A stretch of 64,000 nucleotides of DNA, filler included, from Globobulimina sp. (lineage: Eukaryota): assembly GCA_003354225.1 (NCBI GenBank). It is 10 parts of 10 records of this genome, joined end to end, with 100 filler letters (N's around TTAATTAATTAA, not from the genome) between each part and the next. Parts side by side here need not be neighbours in the genome. Positions count along the whole stretch, not along the records: positions 51,671 to 58,014 come from PIVH01000309.1; positions 58,115 to 64,000 come from PIVH01000412.1; 8 more parts are not named here. The stretch is one strand, 5' to 3'. This document shows, piece by piece, positions 57,081 through 64,000 of the stretch (position 1 is its first letter; each line of letters opens with the position of its first letter). The translations under genes and the position numbers were made by a program. The notes beneath the pieces are model-generated. The model was not told where the DNA came from and did no database searches. It worked only from the letters and a program-made list of their open reading frames with translations.

Positions 57081-58014
57081 CTTCAACTTTTGTAACTAAT
57101 TCATCATTCGAGGCGGTATTAGCTCGCTTATTTCCATTCATCTTTCTTTTCATGATATCCATCATAATTTCGTTATGCGATTGGTTTTCTTCGTTGGTGA
57201 CAGCAGCAGATAACAATAATACTGCTTCTTTGTCTTGCGATCGATCGACAGTGAGGGCTGAAATTGCATGCGATTGCAATGTAACTAATTTCGTTTTTGG
57301 TGTATCATGTCTTGAATAAGAATATCTATTTCTTGATTTGTTTAAACTATGCGATAATGTATCAATTTTCGCATTGAGATTGTTGGATAATTCTTTAAAT
57401 TGCTTATTTAACTGTGTATTATTATTGTTATTTGATGAACGAACATGTTTTTGTTCATCAACAACATCGCGGATATATGGATTTGTAGCGAAGTCAAATG
57501 GTGATTTTGGTACTGGTGATGGTCGAGGCGTGCTAAATACGTGAGATCGTGACTCCTTTTGTCGTTTTGAGCCGTGCGGATTGTCACTATGAAGGCGCGT
57601 ACGAGGCGACATTTTGTCGGCTTTGCGTTTCTTGACAAATTTGATTTGATTATAAATCACTCGTTTCTTAAAAAATGGATAGTTCCATGCTTTGACTTGA
57701 TTGCCTTTTGAATCTAAAAATCGATTTTTTTGTAATGCCAAGAATCGATCCAAGATCTTTGGCAAAAACCATCGCCACCAATACTTCATTCGTTTGCTTT
57801 GTACATAATGTCCATAAAAACATAAATCAAAAATAAAATCGAATACAGATCGATGATCTTTTGATTGCTGAATATCAATAAATCGGTCATGGAAACACAT
57901 GGAATAAACCATATTTAAAGTAATACCGGTCATTATAATATGATCTATGAATGCAACGACTGCAATACGTCGTTCTTCATTATAACGGCGCATAATTTCA
58001 TTGATTTCATGCCC
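57081..58014 (-). CDS. Leader ORF/exon of element B (open to the contig end; ends at GAAG|GT donor at 57080)
   Basis: Frame is open from 58014; the C-terminal block resembles the element A leader up to the donor. Confidence 0.72.
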
Positions 58015-58340
58015 NNNNNNNNNNNNNNNNNNNNNNNNNNNNNNNNNNNNNNNNNNNNTTAATTAATTAANNNNNNNNNNNNNNNNNNNNNNNNNNNNNN
58101 NNNNNNNNNNNNNNTTCTCATCTGCTTCGGCTTGTGCCTGATCTGCGGCGGATGCTTCCCCCTCAACGGGTAGTAAGCAACCCATTTGCCAGAATAGTAT
58201 TGTTTGGACTCGCTTTAATAGGCGAACGGCGGCATGATCAGGAGCGAGGTTTAATTTTTAGCATACAAAAACGTTTTTATTTCACTTTTTATATACACTG
58301 CATAACAATTTATAGACACATAGATAATATTAGTATGATT

Positions 58341-58688
58341 TTACTTGCGTTCATCAAACGCCCATTCATAAATACTTTTACCATTTTTTGAAAACACAAC
58401 CATCAAATTGGCGTTTTTTTTTCCTAAATAACACTCAAATTCAACAGTCTCATCATTGATTACTTTAATCATTTTATCATATTCCTTTGAAGGATTCGCA
58501 TAATGCATCTTTCCTAATTCTTTTTGCCATTTTCGTTTTGTAATGGTGTCATTGACGGTTAATATTATTTTTTTTGTGTTTTCTTTCCAATCTGAATCAA
58601 ATTCCCAATCATGTTTTTTTGCATTTTCTGTATCAGAATAATCATCTTCATCCGATTGAGTTTCTTTAAATTTCGACTCATATGCCAT
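58341..58688 (-). CDS. Small hypothetical protein
   Basis: 115-aa ATG-initiated ORF with protein-like composition, divergent from the next gene. Confidence 0.55.
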   Translation of the reverse strand: MAYESKFKETQSDEDDYSDTENAKKHDWEFDSDWKENTKKIILTVNDTITKRKWQKELGKMHYANPSKEYDKMIKVINDETVEFECYLGKKNANLMVVFSKNGKSIYEWAFDERK

Positions 58689-58771
58689 TGCAATGAGTTG
58701 TTATGATCAAACACTAAACATAAATTAAGCTACAACAATTATCACCATACACACTAGACCCACTGTTAAAA

Positions 58772-61124
58772 ATGCACCACGTTGTAGCCTCCATGCACCA
58801 CGTTGTAGCCTCCATGCATGTTGTAAGCAATTTGACCAATCCAGTCACGACCTACCTATCCAAGCACAAAACCGAAATAAAACTATTGGTCTTATTCGCT
58901 GTGGCACGATATGTCCATAAAAAAACACCCAAAATAAAAGAGAAATGGCAAAGTACAGCACCAATAAGAAGCATTGGCCGATTTGCGATGAATCAATATT
59001 TTTCAACACCTTCATCAGCCGAATTAATGCAAGAACAACAGGCAAAATACGATAACTTATACACCAAACATTATTCACGCAATGCCACCACAATTGCATG
59101 CAAATTCTCGTTGAACTCCATTGAATCATTAATCTCAAACATATTCAATCCCAAAATGAAAATAATCCGCAATCGATTACAAACATTGCCCAAAAACGGT
59201 AACACGAAAGAGAAGAAATACGCGCTATTCAAGGAATTATTTTGTATCGGTGTTTGTCGCTCCATTTGTTTGATTTTTATGAACACATTATATCATATTT
59301 TATTACATATTGTCTTTGCTATGTTTGCGCGAAGGAATTTGTATAAAAAGAAAAACAAAAAACAAACACACAATAACTCCGAAAATATAATGCAATTACA
59401 ATATAAGAATGAATCTGAAGATAAACGCAAATTGTTTGAGATTATAAATATTTTCCATCGCAATGTGACAGGTATTTTGTCAGTCTGTTATTATATTCAA
59501 TGTTTGTTTGAGTGCAAGGATATATTTATAAGCATACCGTAATTAAATTAATTATAAACAGAGAATTACGCGGAAATCCTATGCGATAAAATGAATAATA
59601 TCTTAATAAAACGCAACGATTATAAGTTAACGCGTGTTTTTGATACGATCGATGACTTAAAATCCATGCTATTTGAAGATATAATATCTGCCTCTTTGGA
59701 CGCCTACAACTTATTGCATCTACGCTCTATGATTGACATTCAGCGCGTATTAACGCAGAAAAAATATAAAACCATGACCAAAGAGGATGACTTTTCTTTT
59801 TTTGAAATGTTTTTTGAATTGAATAACATCACAAAATGCAGTGATTTTAATGTCTTATTCACGCAATGTTTCCGCCAATATATTCAATTTTGGCTGAATG
59901 ATTTATTAAATAATGACATCTTAAAAAATATGCAAACAACGGATATGAAAATGTTGAAGAAAAAATTGCGATATTTAAATATTATGAACTGTATCATTGC
60001 CAATTTTGATGCTTTGATAAAGTTTAAAACGGATGTTGAAAATGGCAAAATTACGCAGTCAAACAATGCAAATGAGGCAGGACCAACTTATGAGAATACA
60101 TCGGGTGATATTTTGCTATGGGATACACAGAAAATATGTGAGTTTGTCAATCAGTTTAATCCGTTGCTTGCAAATATTTTGTGTAAATTGGAGATAACTG
60201 GCGCTGAATTGGCAAACTATGATTATTACGATGTGCTACATATTACTCAGTTGCATGAATATTATTTGCCGATGCAATTATGGCAAAGTATTGCATTCCA
60301 ACTGCAGTTACCCTGTGTGGTGGATACTAAATTTATTAAAAATAAATATAAACAAAGGAAAACATTACGGAAACGACAGGAAAATATATTGCAAGATATT
60401 GAGCGTTTAACTCGAAAAACACAGGTTTTTGTATTTTTTTTGTTCGAAACTATAAATTATTTTTTGTTGTTTTGTGTAGTTGTTGCAAAATGGTTTGTGT
60501 TTGGATGGCATTGATGATAAATATAAGGAATTGTCATTGGAATTGGTGCAAAGGGATATCGATGATGAGAGTGATGAGAGTGATGAAGATGTGTTGGGTG
60601 ATACCATTGGAAATGATGTGAATGGATTTGATAAATTCGGAATTTTATTTGAGAAATGGGCAAAGTATGTGTTGCGATGTAATGAGTTTGCAGCGTTGAA
60701 AGAGTTTTTGAATATTATCAGTGGATTTGATTTGGTGTCATCGAAGGCGGATTATTTTATGAATGTGGGTGGTGAGGAGGATACGTTCGGAATGTTATCA
60801 AATATGATGGATGTTATGGGCGACTTTGATTCGGATGAAAAGAAAAATGAAATGCAACAACATGGAAATCCATTGTTTAAAGCCTGGGAAAATGTGCAGA
60901 AGTTTGATTTGAAAAATAGTGTAAATAATAAATGGAAGTCGTTTACGTCATATTTAAATGGCGAGGAAGATAATGCAGATAATGTAGATGAGGATATTGA
61001 GAATGGAGATCGTCAAAATAATAATATTCGACCCAATGGGAATGAAAAGCAAAGTTTTAGGGATAAGATGAAGACTACATTGACAAAGAATGTATCTAAT
61101 TTGACCTCTTGGTGGAATAAATAG
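58772..61124 (+). CDS. Peroxin-3-like protein with a SAM-like domain; exons 58772-59471, 59562-60424, 60480-61124
   Basis: N-terminal anchor, then KEKKYALFKELFCIGVCRSICLIFMNTLYHILLHIVFAMFARRNL resembling the Pex3 core; LLWDTQKICEFV...EITGAEL is SAM-like; both introns are GT-AG and in frame; 21-bp tandem repeat (MHHVVAS) at the start. Confidence 0.6.
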
Positions 61125-61245
61125 CACTCATGATTTCTGAGCTTTTGTTTTCAAATCAAAAACAAGTGTTTCCTGCGAGTGTAGCACAAAAATCCGCTCA
61201 GTGAATTTTGAAAAAACTTTGCCCTGATATCAGAATTAAGTGAAC

Positions 61246-62301
61246 ATGACCAGCTTCTTTGGTTGGGAGATAGCGCCGAAAGCACCTTATAGCAATATTT
61301 TATCAATAACTAAAGTGAATGATAATGAATTTATGGTTGTATCTTACAGTAGCAACTTTAATGAAACTGCAGGAATATACACATACAACATCAACAACAG
61401 ATTTTGGACATTATTTGACAAAGATGTCGATGGTAAATCAAAAAGAAGTTTATTAACAATGGATAGAATGAGCAATAAAGTTTATATGTTACAACCGCAA
61501 TGGAACAAATGCTACGATGCCTACACAATATGGAATAAAGCGCGTTTACATATAATTGATACAAATCAAGAAAGAATAATCAAGTCATTTGATACAGACT
61601 TGGATTTAGGGACTAATCCGGCTTGTTTGTGTGTCAATGGTATACTGCATGTTATATCTGGCTTAGCCGGCGATTATCATTATATATGGAACAATAAAAC
61701 ATGCAAATTCATCGAGATTGGTAATAATAAGCATTGGGATGGTCTACAATGCACTGGATTTGCTCACATTTCTTCACAAAACACATTATTATCATTTGGT
61801 GGCTATTATAATGATGATACAATTTGTAAGACCTTAATCGATGCCATTAATTGGGAGAAACTTGCTATTAAATTACCGATATCAATGGCCCAAAATGGTA
61901 TTATTGTGACAGAAGATGATAAATTTATTATTTTCTTTGGCAACGGATTCAATGATACGCAACTAACTGACGAATCTACGAATGACAGCAAGCAAATATA
62001 CATTTTGAATTGGGACACAATGACATTTATGAAAAGTTGGTGTGTAATGCCGGATAAGTTTAATAAAGGCGGTAGCTGTGCGGTGTTAATGTGCAATTTT
62101 AAACAGAATTCACTGCTCATTCCTGGATATGTTCGAAGGATAAATCGTTTTATCCCAAATGATATCATACAAGAATTGATATTATGGGCCACTTATAATG
62201 AGATTCATTTATTTGAATATGATACTGGATGTCATTGGAAAATAAATGTTACTGATATTCTAGCGGCGTGCATCACCATTCCACGCGATACGTATACTTA
62301 G
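61246..62301 (+). CDS. Kelch-like beta-propeller protein
   Basis: ILHVISG, LLSFGGY, FIIFFGNG repeats followed by W; YVRR...FIPNDIIQELI tail. Confidence 0.75.
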   Translation: MTSFFGWEIAPKAPYSNILSITKVNDNEFMVVSYSSNFNETAGIYTYNINNRFWTLFDKDVDGKSKRSLLTMDRMSNKVYMLQPQWNKCYDAYTIWNKARLHIIDTNQERIIKSFDTDLDLGTNPACLCVNGILHVISGLAGDYHYIWNNKTCKFIEIGNNKHWDGLQCTGFAHISSQNTLLSFGGYYNDDTICKTLIDAINWEKLAIKLPISMAQNGIIVTEDDKFIIFFGNGFNDTQLTDESTNDSKQIYILNWDTMTFMKSWCVMPDKFNKGGSCAVLMCNFKQNSLLIPGYVRRINRFIPNDIIQELILWATYNEIHLFEYDTGCHWKINVTDILAACITIPRDTYT

Positions 62302-62561
62302 ACAGTCTCTAAAACCTAAATTGTAATTTGAAAATCTTGAAGATATATAGTACTGTACAACTACGCGAGCAAGAACACTTTTAAATTTTTATATATTAAT
62401 TTTATATTTTTTATCGATATCTCCAGCAAGTTACAATTAATTGGTCTGTAATATATTGGCATATCTGAATGAAAGAAAATAAATTTATTTGCATCTTTTT
62501 GTTGCCGTCTCGTTTGAGAAGAATAGTAAGTATTTAAGTATAGATTTTTTTCTGACAAACA

Positions 62562-63249
62562 ATGGCATCCCATTTGCGACCGCCTGATGAAAAGTTACAC
62601 ACTCCAGACACGGCACAGTTAGACAAAGTGAACCGTGGTGACGAGGTTAAATACAAATTGCATTGACATATTGATATATGTGATTGATTGACCTATTTGA
62701 CAGAAATGGATGAGAGATACAGAAACTGATAATTGCAAACGGTGTGATGTCGAATTCAAAACAGTGAAACGGCGGAAACATCATTGCAGAATGTGTGGCT
62801 TTATAGTTTGTGACAACTGTTCGAGAAATCGTGTGCAATTAAAAAAAAACGGAAAAAAGTCAAGAGTTTGCAATGAATGTTTCAATCAAATAGCTCCCAG
62901 ACACATGAGGTCATATTCTGCGCGAACGCAGTCTGAGCCTATACTCAAAGACAAATTGAAAGACAAAGAGCATAAATCAATAGTTTATCAATCCACGATC
63001 TCTGAACATATGTACCTCGATAGAAATGACATAAATATTACTGATCATGACCATAATGATGATATATTTGATAATATCACCTTTGATAAAAATGGAAACA
63101 ATGATAATTTAAACTATAATGGGGAGAAAGTTAGCAATGCAGAAAATGGTTCAAATATAGGAGACACTGAGACATATCCATTTGAATCACCTACACAGCC
63201 TTTACTCAGCAACCAGGAATCGAGATGCTGTGTATGCAACATTTTGTAG
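62562..63249 (+). CDS. FYVE zinc-finger protein with C-terminal CaaX; intron 62646-62703
   Basis: WMRD..CKRC..F...RRKHHCRMCGFIVCDNCS...RVCNEC; ends CCVCNIL. Confidence 0.9.
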
Positions 63250-63401
63250 ATATATTTATAAATTCTACAGACTTTATAGTTTTATATGTTGTCTAATGTC
63301 GATTAATATATCCTTGCACAACATATATATATAATGAAGATATTCTCAAGTAAAGTTTTCGAATTCAGAGTTTTCTATACATACTGAATCACTGTAGCAT
63401 A

Positions 63402-64000
63402 ATGACAGTCAATTTAGTGTTAGATACAAAGGGAGCATTGCCGTCTGATTTGATAGATAATGATAAACTGTCAATGAACAACAAACGACTGCATATTAAG
63501 TTTAATTCAAGCACATTCCGTACATTACAAGCAAGAGAATTTACAAAGCAACTTGGTTTCGTTGATAACGACTCAGAGAACAAGAATGAAAGTGATGATG
63601 AACCAGAATTTGATTTTTTTGCCACAAGATCTGACAATCACACATTCCGTGCAAACCATTCACTGCGTGCAATATCTGACGATGCGAGTGTTCAAAGTGA
63701 TACATCTGAATTATATCTGAAAGCAGTCAGTTTATATGAAAACAAACATTATGAAGAAAGTGAACGTGTTTTAAAATCCATTTTAAAACATGATGGTCGT
63801 CATGAACAAGCTCTGAAATTATTGGACGGATTATTGGTGCAAAAAAGGCAGAACAATGCAGAGGATTTGTTCAAAAAAACTGTAAATAAAAAATATTCAA
63901 AAAAGTCAAAACGAAAATTTAATTTCAGAGTCGAAACAAAAAAAAAGGGTCATGCTGAAAAAGAGGTTTTTGCACTTGAGCCATGTCAGTTAGAATTTAG
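63402..64000 (+). CDS. TPR-like protein, N-terminal part (runs off the window)
   Basis: Open frame from ATG 63402 encoding ELYLKAVSLYENKHYEESERVLKSILKHDGRHEQALKLL. Confidence 0.6.
   Translation, partial: MTVNLVLDTKGALPSDLIDNDKLSMNNKRLHIKFNSSTFRTLQAREFTKQLGFVDNDSENKNESDDEPEFDFFATRSDNHTFRANHSLRAISDDASVQSDTSELYLKAVSLYENKHYEESERVLKSILKHDGRHEQALKLLDGLLVQKRQNNAEDLFKKTVNKKYSKKSKRKFNFRVETKKKGHAEKEVFALEPCQLEF

Larger units (their letters stand above)
52059..58014 (-). mobile_element. Tyrosine-recombinase retrotransposon (Ngaro/DIRS-type), element B; 5' end cut by the contig end
   Basis: Same four-ORF layout and motifs as element A but a clearly diverged sequence; all ORFs intact. Confidence 0.93.

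Overview
AT-rich eukaryotic (protist-like) DNA with short GT-AG introns. The window is not one locus: it is ten contigs of about 6.35 kb joined by artificial 100-nt spacers (N44-TTAATTAATTAA-N44), so adjacency across spacers means nothing. Gene content (kelch/TPR/7TM genes, a flagellar C1a-32-like gene) is compatible with a rhizarian such as a foraminiferan, but this is inference only. Mobile elements are abundant: two divergent tyrosine-recombinase (YR, Ngaro/DIRS-type) retrotransposons (contigs 1 and 9), a 5'-truncated RLE/CRE-like LINE with a 12-bp target-site duplication, an APE-RT-RNaseH LINE with an internal deletion, an intron-containing NOF/Mutator-like transposase, a Zisupton-like transposase with an OTU-like domain, and MITE-like inverted repeats. 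Host genes include a PrpC-type methylcitrate synthase ending in SKL, ORC1, RPC6, a divergent kinesin, a BBE-like oxidase and a PEX3-like gene. Main observation: in BOTH YR elements a leader ORF ends at a phase-1 GAAG|GT donor. Each of the three downstream, non-overlapping ORFs (Gag zinc finger, RT-RNaseH, YR) opens at a phase-1 YAG acceptor. This suggests Gag, Pol and recombinase are all made by alternative splicing of one shared leader exon.
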